A stretch of 64,000 bases of DNA from Phallusia mammillata (taxonomy: Eukaryota). The notes under the pieces are model-generated. The model ran no database searches, was not told the origin of the DNA, and saw nothing but the letters and a program-made list of their open reading frames with translations. Positions within the stretch are counted from its first letter, which is position 1; each line of letters begins with the position of its first letter. The stretch spans positions 4,526,001 through 4,590,000 of the forward strand of contig OZ281501.1 in assembly GCA_965637545.1 (NCBI GenBank), in the 5' to 3' direction. A program made the position numbers and the translations under genes. This document shows, piece after piece, positions 1-11,867 of the stretch.

Positions 1-314
1 GGAATTAGACAAATGGTAGGCAGGAAGATCAAAAATGCGCTATTCTTAAACCGTGTATGCTTGTAACTTAATTATAATACACTCGCCTTGGGATTTAGGC
101 TTGCGTACAAGGCATTTAGGGTTTTGTACAGGTTCCAAACTACATGCACTGAGATTATTTTATTTTACGAGCTGCTATGGAAAGAGCGAAAGTTTAGCGA
201 ATTTTATGAACTTTGAGATGAAAGTGTTAGGATAATATTTTTTATTGGATATATGTTAGTCTATTGGACATAGTACCTGAAGAAAACAATGCGAATAGTT
301 TTAAAAGCTAACTA

Positions 315-605
315 AATATTGTTGGTAGAGCTACTAACACCATAACGCAAATGACAACCAAAGTCGATTAGAGGGCGTAAAGAGCTGAATTTTTTATTTA
401 GCGGCTGTGAATGGGTTGGGTTGGGAAATAAGTTTTTAAAATTTTTACATTAGTAAGTAATGTTTTGGGTTAGTTTTATTGAATTTTAAGTGCTAATACC
501 TTACCCCGACCCTAATAGCCCTAACCGTGAGCATTTTTGGAGATATAACCAAATCGACTTTGGTTGTCACTTGCGGTATATGGTGTTAGTAGGTCTACCA
601 ATATT
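315..605. mobile_element. Foldback/MITE with ~50-bp TIRs and GGGTT/CCCTAA-rich interior
   Basis: TTGGTAGAGCTACTAACACCATAACGCAAATGACAACCAAAGTCGATT (322-369) pairs with 552-601. Confidence 0.8.
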
Positions 606-2021
606 GTTTAGGTGGCTGTAGGATAATTAATTTATTAACACCGCACTTTGAATTAAAAACGACTTTCGAGAATAGATAGCAAATTTTTTACGTTTGTTGC
701 GATATACAAAATATTGTAGGTTTAAAAAAAAATTTTGATTCGCAAAACATTAGTACTCGATACTGATAAGGGTCGTAGATAAGTTTCTTTTTAATAACAT
801 TCCGTATTTATTATAGTCTGATTTGTATAACTCTTAGTCACAAAATAGTAATATCGGAGAACTTGCTTGTAGGCTATATTTGTTGAAATCATATTAGTAA
901 AAACCTAAGGTTTAAATTTTGTCTACCTAACTTTTTCAATTTCTCGAATTTTTATTTTTGCCTACAAGCCAAGGTCGCGTAAAAGTGTAATACTGTATAA
1001 AAGCAAAGTAAAATCTACATCCGACATGTAAGGTAACAAGCGAAAACACAATATATTTTGTTGACAATATTTTTTTTATGTTGTTAACTTATAGTTTTTT
1101 ACTAAGTGCTTTGTCTGCGAAAAATGGTCGTTTCATATCGACAAAGCGGAGATTTCTAAAATAAATTTTGGGCTTTGGGGATTTTAGTACCGTTTGTTTC
1201 CAATTTAAATAACTTACTTTTTCACTCGCATCCTAAAATTTTTAGTCAAACATTTCAAAGGTAAGGGGAATTCCCCCCATCACCCATAGGTCACCCCATT
1301 ACCTCCTTTATTGCGCGCTTTTTATAACTCGAAACCCCCAGAGCACGTCAATATTTTTGCTCCAAAGTTTGCAAAGTTGGATCTCAAGAAAGCGCTAAAT
1401 TATTGAAGAAAGCCTATATCGACCTACTGTAAATCGCAAGGGTGGGTCCCAGGGGAATAGAACGCACCACTTCTAAAGGTCACCTGGGAAACTTTTTGTA
1501 TAAATCCCATTTAAGTTGACGGGCCAACGAGTCATTAGGTTAATGCAAAATCGTGCGTGAATAACGAGATGCTGTCAAGTGATTAGTTTTCCAACACCAA
1601 TAAACTTTTAATATTGGTTTATTCGAGAGGGGTTTAATTTAAAGAGAAGTCGTCGTTTCTTTAACGCCAGTTGCAAGATTTTTGCACTTGTAGTCAGTGC
1701 AAAAGTATAGCTTCTAGCAATAATATAAAAGGGTGTTTAATTAGGAGAATAATTCAATGTGTCTGTAGAATCGATTGGCTGTTAGGAAAGTTATTGATTT
1801 CAGACAACGCTTAGGCTTATTGTAAAGCACAACTGTAAATTGGTAGTCATTTTTGCATTATCTTTAGCAAAACTGTTTCTACTATTTTCTTCACCATAAA
1901 AAAATATTTTGTTTAATTTTAGTTTATGCTTGAGCTTGTTTAGGCACAGAATTTTGCAAAACAAGATTAAGAATAATAAATTTACCTGGTAGAAACATCT
2001 GACGGAAATACAAGTATCACT

Positions 2022-2115
2022 ATGATGGGCCATAAATTACCACAAGAACCGAAATCAAACAGCCACAAGGTCGTGCTAGAGGACTCTTCACGGATTTTGA
2101 ATGGCTTCGCAAAGG
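2022..2115 (+). CDS. Candidate alternative first coding exon of PDE1 (MMGHKLPQEPKSNSHKVVLEDSSRILNGFAK)
   Basis: ATG, 31 open codons, then AAGG|GTAAG consensus donor in phase 1, compatible with exon 27503. No homology recognised. Confidence 0.45.
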
Positions 2116-5100
2116 GTAAGTACAAATTTATAATTTTTTGAATTAGCAAATTTTGTGTTCTAGTCCGACGTAAAGCATATAATACTTAAAATATGTTTCA
2201 ATATCAAAATTTTAGTAAGGTCTAATAGGTTTTGTGTACATTTTTGACTGAACGTACTCTGTATAATGTATGGATTGCGTGTTTAGATTAAAAGTACAAC
2301 TGTTTCGTTGTTTATATATTTGTAAAACGCAAAATGGTAATATAAAAAGGATATTTCATGTTAGTATGTTTTCCGTCACTTTAGTTCACAAAGGTAAGAT
2401 ACAACAAATATCATAATGACACAATCAATTGCTCAGAGGTAACTCAGGTTCAAAGAGGTTACTCAGGTTTATTGTTCGCGTGATTCCATATCCGAGTTTA
2501 TCATTGCTGTTCTGCAGTTTAAATCAGTCTCTACATTCATAAATGATATGATTACCTTTATGATGTACTCATATACCCGCATTGTTCCAAGAGGTTAAAG
2601 AAGGTTTTCAATCAAACCTATTAAGACACAGATAAATAGCTGAAGTGTCGATGCAGACCAGCGATCAAGGCACACTCATATAGAAAAATTATTAAACCAA
2701 ACCTAATTGAACCTTGTATTTGTATGAGACGACATTGTAAGGCTTAATGAATTATTACACTTGCTTTGGTCACCCGCTGTAATTATACATAACCGCATGA
2801 GAGTTTATTGTGGTCAGTATAGTGGGTTACAGTGCTTCAATAAGACCGAATAAAATAAGACCAATTTTGGAGTTTTATTGCCCGTAGGGTGTATAGCAGT
2901 TATTGTTTTTTTATGATGTTTGCAAACATGTTTTGTATTTGTCCAGAATTAAATTCTAAGCATTTTCTTGATTAATTATGGTATTCAATAAAGCTGGTTA
3001 ATACCGGCCCCTAAAATATACATATTGGACCAACGCAGTTCGAGGATTAAATGTTTTTTTCTACAGGTAAGAACTCGCATTGAGTGCAGCATGCAAATAA
3101 TATTCAAAAACGCGAATATTTTACGAGTGTAGTACGTATCTATGTGAATGGTATTATCGATATTAGGGGTGTCCGTTTTTTTAGCGCCCCAAAACGCTCC
3201 GATTTTACCAAGAGTCTATACCATATATATAAGTTTATGTATATGGTTTGGTAGCCTAATCTTACCAAGGTAGTTCTAAAACTCTTTTGTGGATTATCGT
3301 TTTTACCTGGCTGAGCGCATATGGCATCAGTTCTGATGTTCTGAAAACTAGTATTTTTTCAGGGTATGTTTGTACAATAAAACTCTTTACCGATTTTCGT
3401 GTCGCAACTTAGTCCAGTTCGGAACTTTTGCTCATCATTACAAGACAGTTAAAAAGTTTGCTTGTAAATTGGATTTTAAAATGGCGATGCACGGTACCAA
3501 GTATACTTGTATGCTAGCACAATTTGACCACTCAACTTCCCTTGAAAAGAACAGCCAGCAAGACCTTACGATTTATAACGTTGCAAATGAGCAAAAAAGC
3601 ACACTGTACTTGCTCATAGTGGTGTTTGTTAATGTACATGTTGACGTTGGCAGAAGTCCATGGGGTCTAAACTCTTTTGACCTCTTCCTTGGGATTCGTT
3701 CGGAATGGCAGAACGATCAGTAAATCAATAGCAATGTACGCACGCACTAACAGCGTTTGAAGTAAGGCTGCTAAAATGGTAAATAGAATGCAAATGAATC
3801 AATAAAACCATAAGCTACAGCTCTTTCAGTAACCATCCATCGTGCGTTTATAAGTGTTGACTTTTGTACAGATCTGTGTGCTAAAATTGGGTGACATACA
3901 TTTAATGTGGTTTTCTGTGTGGATCAAGTCTTTAACTGAGGCAGCAGTGCATAGACATTTCTTGTGTGCAATTTAAAACTAAAATCGGCGTTTTTGTCGC
4001 GTATTCATGCGTGCATAATGTTGCCCTGTGTCGAAAATGGTTGCGCAGCGTCTAAAAAAATCTTTTTAGTCTGCATCTACCCAGTGATTTTACTAAAAAT
4101 AGTATACCTTGTTTTATGCACAGTGCATTTTTAAGCATGGCTTGTCTTTTAGTTTATGTTTGCAGCAGCTTTGTTAATGTTTTGGGAGCTTCATAGGTTA
4201 AATTTTGTATTTGTATTCTTAGTCAGAATTGGATTACGGTTAAGGACTGGATTTTTGTTTAAGGGCCCCAATTATATACATTTATTCATGTAAACCTGTT
4301 TCTATTAGGCCAACAACACTAAAGCTTAAGGATTGTAGTCCCCATGTATCTAATCAACAGCTAAAATCAAAGCATGTTGACAATCTCAACAACGCCAGGC
4401 GCAATGCATTGAATGGCACCCTTAATTGCACGTTTCGTTGATTTCGAGTGCTTCAAGTGGCTTACGCACGTTTTTGCGTTTTTGTCTGGGAGCATGCGAG
4501 GCAAAAACGACTATTGAGTCAACGCAGACGTTGGGCTGGTGTCATACCAATGCTGTCGTTGCGGCATGTGCTGTAGTGGCTATTTAAGTAGTATAGATAG
4601 TTCAGATAGCGTAAATGCGCAATAATTTAAGGCAAGTGATGAAGTAGGTTTAAAAACACATGCAGTTAGAATATTAGATATGTTTTTAAGTGTGTGAATA
4701 GCTTGTGCTATTAAGATGTACGTGTTTGTTGTAGGTAGGCAAAAAATCGTTTTATTAGTAACCTACAACGCTTGTATACGGATTAATCCATTGTTTTTCT
4801 TTAAAATATTATTTAAAAAAGCGATTAAAATGCTGCAGTTTTGTTTGGGCATAAAACAAACAATAGACTGTTTCACTTTTGCACATTTCTACACCTTTCT
4901 GGCATGTGTATGAGCTTCAGCAATTACACTGCAATAATACAGTATATAGTCACCAAATCAAGAGGCTGCCAAATTTTGCCCCACAGGGGCGAAATTAGTC
5001 TTGAGTGATTAGAAACTTGCCAATACGCATTTCTGCATCTGCTTGCAGTTCTTACTGACGTAAATGCGTCTACTTACATACTAATTACTCAAATGTGTCT

Positions 5101-6827
5101 TCACTTTGTTATATTTTGATTGGTCAATGCGTAAACAATGCATACCTATGTGTAGACAATACGCCGCTTAAATGTATTGTTTTAATGTGCACAAGCACTA
5201 TAAACGAAAAGACTTATACGAAAAGGTAAAACAGTATATTTACCAAGTCCAATTGTTATTGCCAATGGCTTAATTTCTAAATATTAGCAAAAAGGTCTTG
5301 TTTATAACGTGTACACTAATGTCAATGCATGCAAAACAAAATTAATGTGTTGGTTTTAAAAAACAAACAGCAACATTTGAACAAGAAAGCATGTCGCTTT
5401 TTACGTCTATTTGGGCCGTTATTTTCACCATTAAACAGCACCAAGTATAGGAAAAAATGATTGCCGTTTGAATAAAGCCGCTTTGACAGTTATTGATCCA
5501 AGGTGATAGGGAAGAGCAAAAAAGGCCAGCTTGTCTATCAAATGTGGTTCACTTGTAATTGCGATTTAATGATTAGCGACCTATCCAACGACCCCGCGAA
5601 TAAACCTGATTAGCTCTTTGCTTATGATCAGCGCTCTCTGCTGGACAACAAAGCGTTAAAGGTTTTTAATGTTGCGTTCAGAGGCCACGAAGCATGGCTT
5701 GACCTTTGTCATTTTGCGACGCTTTGAAATTGACAAGGCCTCGTAAAGGTAGAAGTCAAAGGTTCTATAGATTACAGTTTAGACATTACAACTTTAAAAA
5801 CTATTTGATGCACCGTATACGCTAAGTATAGTATAATGCACTGCATGTCTTGGACTACTTTGTCCGCCAGACCACCTAAGACTATAAGAGGCAAACCGTC
5901 AAGTATAATTGCCAGACTGTCATTCACATCAAGAAGGGCAGCTGTGATTGTAATTGTTGGCCTGCGACCGCATTTGCACATTAGTCGAAATCTACCGGGT
6001 TTTACCTGGGTTGTTCAACACTGTTATTAACTTGCGAGGATTAGACTGTTAATTTTTTCAAGTAGCAAAAAGGGTTTTGCTATCAAATTTTCACAATGTC
6101 TATTAGCAATTGTAGAAAATGACGTTACTGTGACGTAACAATCACTACAATGACATCACGAAACGGTAACAGTTTTCTTGAATTTACAATTATAATTGTT
6201 AAAATTATTAAAATTTGCAGTCTCAGAAATTGAAGCGTTGTGTAAAAACATTTATGACATCACCAAGACGAATATGTCGTCACAAAACCTATGTCGTCAT
6301 TATAGCCTTACAACAAATATCAAGTCTTCCGTTTTGCTTTAGAAACCGTTGGTTTCATAAGGTTAGCCCTGTATTGAAAATTAAACGTATTTATAGAGAA
6401 TTCGTTTATTTTTCGTGCTATCAGAAGGTCTGTTGAATCAAAAGCCTGTCGTAACCTTTAAAGGTATCGATTGCATGCGAAGATTTTTGCCAAACCATGC
6501 ACTGGGTTTCTGCACTACATTCGGTGGTTTAATGTGTAAAGGGTCGTTTTACAATGTAATCTAACCTTTCAGTCAATGTGACGGGTGTTCACTAGCACCG
6601 TAAGAAAAACACGTTTTTCAAAAGCTTTAAAATGTACACTTAACAAACATTCGAAGTTTTTACATTTTTTTGTTTGTTTATGTTAATGTTTTATTGTGTA
6701 ATTTATTTCTTAAACACACAAACTATTCTTAATTCAATCAATCTAAAAGTTTCTGTACGAGGCTTCCTCAAAAGCTATAATTCTTTATTCTAACCAGATA
6801 GAACATTTGGTTAGGTATACTGTATAC

Positions 6828-7043
6828 CAGTAGTTCTCAAACTGTGCGTCGCGACGCCCTGGTGCGTCGTTTCAATTTTCCAAGGGCGTCGCAGAATAGT
6901 TCCGTTTCGTGGCTTTTGGTGATTGTATCGAAAAACACAACTTTAATAATAAGTTTTTGCATTAACTTTTATTTGCTGGTGCGTAGCAAGACCAGAAAAC
7001 TTTTCCATAGGCGTCGCAACAAAAAAAAGTTTGAGAACCACTG
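6828..7043. mobile_element. hAT-type MITE
   Basis: TIR CAGTAGTTCTCAAAC / GTTTGAGAACCACTG; 8-bp TSD CTGTATAC. Confidence 0.9.
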
Positions 7044-7611
7044 CTGTATACATAATATTTACGTGTTTACATTAAGTATGTTTGAGCCCAAATATACCGC
7101 CATATTTGCGAAAGTGTTCGTTCTTGAAAACGCTTTTAGAGCACAAAGCAAAAAGGTTTATGAAACTAACTTGCCTCGCCTATCGATGTAAAAGGTTAAC
7201 GTGTATTACTAATTTTATATCATTTGTTATCGCAGCGCATAAAGTTACGCGTGTCCAATTAGTACATGTGTGACCACAGTATACTCAAGTCATTCAGGTT
7301 TATGTAACTCAATCGAACTAAGTTATGTGTTTTTGCGAAAGCGCAATACACTTGTTTTTTTAAGCCAGTGTGAATGCAGTCGATATCTGTAAGCCTTTTT
7401 GATTGCCTCCCTAGTGTATATAACGAAATTTCGTAGGCCCATGCTTGGTTTTAGCAATTATGCAAATCACGTTGAAGCCATGATCGATAGATTTCCTTAT
7501 TTCTACCCTTATTATATATCGCAGGCGGCAGCAAGACGGCTTTCAGCGAAATAGGCATTTCCTGTGTTGTTAGGTTAAGGTATACTATAGTACCTATTGC
7601 GGACATAAAGT

Positions 7612-7723
7612 CAGTGATGGGATTCAATTTTTTGGCCAGCCAGTTCTATATCCAAAATCATACTTTTACAAAAAGTTTTTGACAGTAAAAGAACAGCTGC
7701 GAACCGGCTGAATCCCACCACTG
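7612..7723. mobile_element. Small hAT-like MITE
   Basis: TIR CAGTGATGGGATTCA / TGAATCCCACCACTG; no clean TSD. Confidence 0.65.
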
Positions 7724-8163
7724 CATGTATAGTCAGTTTGTGCACAGGCTTTTCCGTAATTTTAAGCAAGCTTTGTGCATCTTATATAGTCGCAGCTTAT
7801 AATGTCCAACTAATATTGTTAAATATGCATTATACGACATGGCATGAAGCTAGTTTAATTAAAAAAGTCGGAGTCGAATACGTTGAGTTGAATGGTAACC
7901 AAAAGTGCAAGGGTTCTATGACCTTTAAGAAATTTAGCTTTTTCTCAAAACTTATATAAGAGTGTAGTGTTGCAAGAACTAAAAATACTATACTAACGCG
8001 TAATTAAGATTTATACTTAGGTTGTTTTAGTGCTGCGTATAGTAAAGCGTACAGAAAGTAGTTTCTTTTTTTAGCGCCACTACGCAGCGGATACACTAGC
8101 TTATTTTAACTCCTAGGTGTCTCAAATAACGTTTATGATAGTGCAGCACTTCCGCGTGGCCCT

Positions 8164-8182
8164 TGACGTCATCAATGAGTCA
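8164..8182. promoter_or_regulatory. Adjacent perfect CRE (TGACGTCA) and AP-1 (TGAGTCA) sites
   Basis: TGACGTCA-TCAA-TGAGTCA, in the PDE1 5' intronic region upstream of the 11063 exon. Confidence 0.4.
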
Positions 8183-8749
8183 CTGACAAGTCGAAAGGTC
8201 CTGCGTGCATTTCAAATGAGCATTTTTGCAGTGTAGGAAAGGAATGCTATTTTGTTGCTAATGTCCATTAGGCGATGTGACCTTTTAAGAAAAGTTGTTG
8301 TTTGTTACGTATAGTGACTGCAGCCCATTGCGAAATTTTAATATGTGTAATGTATTTTAGGTTGGTATTGTATTGGTATTGTAAATTGCTTTTAATTTAG
8401 CTTTAAGGCTTGCCTAAAGATTATTGAATTTCGATAACGCGCTTAGCATGCAAGCGACTGAAATCATTCCATATTGCATTGTTGATCAGATATAGTCAGA
8501 GTTGCCATCAACACGGAGCCGAAAATAAGAACAAAAATAAGTTTGCATTTGAAACGAAACAAACGTTTTCGAATAAATCTTCGCATTTATACGAGCCGTA
8601 ACATATCACGTGCCATATTTTTTGCCAGATACAATCTGTTCCAGCAACTTCTTGTTTGTTACTTCGTGCATCTCACAACAGCTCAGGTCTAGGTTTACTT
8701 GTAGCGGGGATTTCACTGTCATTTCAATAAGTTTTTTCCTTGTAATTAT

Positions 8750-8883
8750 TGAAAATAAGACAAAATAAGGACGTAAGTCAAAAAGAAGGACATTTCTTAG
8801 AAATAAGGACAATACATTTTTCTAAGACATTACCCTACAAAATAAGGACAAATCTTAGAAATAAGGACGGTATGGCAACCCTG
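8750..8883. mobile_element. Right-end fragment of a hAT-like element with AAATAAGGAC subterminal repeats
   Basis: Several AAATAAGGAC units ending in TATGGCAACCCTG; left end not found. Confidence 0.55.
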
Positions 8884-9680
8884 GATATAGTGCAAATGGG
8901 TGCAGATTTGGCTGCAAAAATATCTTGCATAGCCTACAATCTAATAATAAAACGTACTGATGTAATATAGGTTGAAATGGACATAGCCATAGAAAGAAGC
9001 GAATTGAGTACGCTATCATGAAAAAAAGTTACTTGTAATGCACTTTGAAGTAGAATAACTTTGTTGCCGTTTGTTTTTGCGCTATAATTTCTTTGCCAAA
9101 CATGTAGTATGTAGTTACATTGGCAATTTTCCATTGGGCAGTGTCGCTTAAAATAATTGTTGGTGTGGGGCACAAAGCTGTCAAGTAGGTCTCTTTAGCC
9201 GTCAACCCATGGTTACTGAGCGCATATGTCTCTTGCCTTTCTCTAATTTCCGCGAATTATCGAAACAACGATATGGTGGACTCATTATAACAATCATCAT
9301 AAAGTCCTGATTTGTAACTTATCGGTATGATTTGAAAAATTTTGTTTACATCTTCTTTTCCGCATGCCAAAATGGAAGTGTTAAGGAACTATTTTCCTAT
9401 AGTGCAAGTGATTCAACATAGTCGCAGATACTAAAATACTAACCATATTTTAAGGCAGTCGATTCCTGATCTGCAACTAGGTGTTGACGTTTTTTGACAT
9501 TTTTGCGCCATTGCAAAATTTGGTAATTATTTGCTTACAATTACTTTCTGTGTTCTATTTTTACACTAAAGCTAACAAAAGCCTGTAAAAAACGCACAAT
9601 TTTAGGACCTTATAAATTTGCAGGTACGAATTTGCTTACCGTCACGATTTACGTAAGGACTTCAGTTATAACGTATAGTA

Positions 9681-10543
9681 TAGGGTTGCCATATACGTCA
9701 GGATTTTCCCTGACATGTCAGGAAATTTAGTGTTTAAATCTGCGTCAGGAAGAAATGTTAAAATGCACTTAAAAGTCAGGAATTTTAGAAAGTTTCTAGT
9801 AGTTTGCTACAACCGCGTCTATACCATGAAACGTACAGAGGTAAAGGTGGCGCGCAGGTTAACAAACAAGGTTACTGTTTCGTTTTGCAGTTTTTTTCTG
9901 TGTGAAATTGGTCCGAATGGTTTTTAGAGTGGTAAAGGTTGGCGATCCCTGAAATATGTGCTTATTGTTTCAAGGATAGTAAGAGTAGTGAACTTAGCCT
10001 AATTAAGTGTCACCGTTTGTGTGACTTCCGAATATTCTAAATTTATTTCGGAATAGAAGTGTATGGATCGCAAAAAAGGTTAACGCAGCGGTTCTCAAAC
10101 TGGGGTCCGCGGCCCTTTAGGGCACTTTGCGGGGATCGCGAAAAGGTGGAAGTAATTCTATATTCTTATTTGGCGTCAGTTTGTGCGGCTGAATAAGTTT
10201 AAATCAAAGTGAAAGTGAGAATCGACCGTCTTCATTGCTAAACAATAGGCTTTATTGCATGGAACTAACAAAAATGCAATTGTTCGCGCACAGTTGTAAT
10301 GTTTTTGTTTTGTCTGTGATGTCAGATTTGGATCATCGTTTTGCGCAATTTTGCATAACTAACTAAAATTCTGCAATCAACTTTCGTTTTTCATACAAAT
10401 TTAGGCTTACGCACCGCGAGCCCTTCAAATAATGGCAAAGGGACCCTTTAGAAAAAATAACGAAGAAGTTTGTGAAAAACTGAGTTAACGCAACCGAGAT
10501 AAACTTTGTCAGGGATAGTGTATCATAAAATATGGCAACCCTA
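9681..10543. mobile_element. hAT-type non-autonomous element with a nested MITE
   Basis: TIR TAGGGTTGCCATAT / ATATGGCAACCCTA; 8-bp TSD GTATAGTA. Confidence 0.9.
10086..10482. mobile_element. Nested hAT MITE
   Basis: CAGCGGTTCTCAAAC ... GTTTGTGAAAAACTG (degenerate); TSD GGTTAACG/AGTTAACG. Confidence 0.7.
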
Positions 10544-11062
10544 GTATAGTATTGACGAAAAATGAAATGGTGGACAGGTTTCTACTGGTTTAGGGTTTTC
10601 ATTAGTTCAAGGTTGAGTTTAGGATTTACTATGACAACAATATGATGCTATAGTTATGATAGCGAATTCCAGCATATGACTAGCCTACATAAGATACCTA
10701 TGGTATGAGATTTGCTTGCTTTGGCGTCGTATTGAACGTTTTGTCTGGTGTGACATTCGTATGAATAAACGGCTGACAAACTAGGCCTAACTTGAGGCTT
10801 AGTTTCAGTTCAAATGGTTGTCTTTGTGTTACAGTATGGCAGAAATTGAGATTATTGGGATGTATTGAACTGTTAATACTTGGAGAACATAGAAAAGTAT
10901 TTAAAAGTTTACCAGCACTTTAAGCGGACTTGTCTGCCTCGAGTAAACAGCATCTATTTTGCCGGCTACTGAAAGCCTTTGTCCAGTCACTTTACTCTGA
11001 ATGTTGTTGTTTTGCGTTCGTCACAGAGGTTATTGTTGCGCAATTATTGCTGCTAACAAAAG

Positions 11063-11867
11063 ATGTTCGCACACGGTGAATGCCACCAAGACTTGAATTA
11101 TCTGGTTCGCAGTGGCAACGGCCAAAACGGAAACTCTCAGGTTTGCCTGGACAAAGTTACTGGACGTTTTTTGTGCACTGAACTTATACACCAAAACGGC
11201 CTGCAGAGGGAATCAAAGGCAAGACTGACCAATGCAGCAGTTCATCGGACTAATAGTGATGGAATTTTGCAGTTAAATTGTTCTTCAAAGCGTCAAAAAT
11301 CCCGTGGATTGCAGGGTTTCTGTAGAAAGAAAATCCCGTTGGATACGTCGCTTAGTACAGGTGCTGTTCCAAGTAGCCCGGGCTTACAAATCCCTTCCAA
11401 TAACCGGAGTTATCGCCAATGTAAGGGAACTGGGTCAACTCACAAAACACAGACTTTTGACTGGAGGCGATTTCTAAGAAAGTCACGGGCACCGAACGAG
11501 GAATCAAACCGAGGACAACCTTTGGTTAGCGATTCGCTAAAAGACCGAAACCAGAATTCGACTTGGAGTCCAGACAGCCTGCCCGCTATCAAGCATTCAA
11601 GCAATTGCGTCAGGAGACCATCGCCTTCTGTCAAAAGTATCGCCCACACGATTATGAGCGAAGAGGCCACCAGTGCCAGCGATAAGAAATATCAGCTCTC
11701 CCAGGACGCTAGAACTATTAATCAAACGCAGAACGCTAGGACAACACTTACTCCCCTTGCTGCTGTCAGCTGTAAAGAAACGACTTCAAAGATTGACAGC
11801 ATTCCCCTGACGAAAAAGGTATCAAGGGTTATTCAGGTGGACGGTGTTAGCTACAAAGTAACAATGG
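11063..11867 (+). CDS. PDE1: Large alternative first coding exon of PDE1 (268 codons, basic/Ser-rich, low complexity)
   Basis: Longest non-transposon ORF. ATG 11063 has an in-frame stop just upstream. It ends at ATGG|GTAAG (phase 1), in frame with exon 27503. The C-terminal KKVSRVIQVDGVSYKVTM resembles the KKCRSATFSIDGYSFTIV N-terminus of the long vertebrate PDE1C isoform (recalled, not searched). Confidence 0.75.

Noticed and set aside
5772-5981. Minus-strand 69-aa ORF with protein-like composition
   Set aside because: No recognisable motif, no convincing splice partners, and the frame closes quickly.
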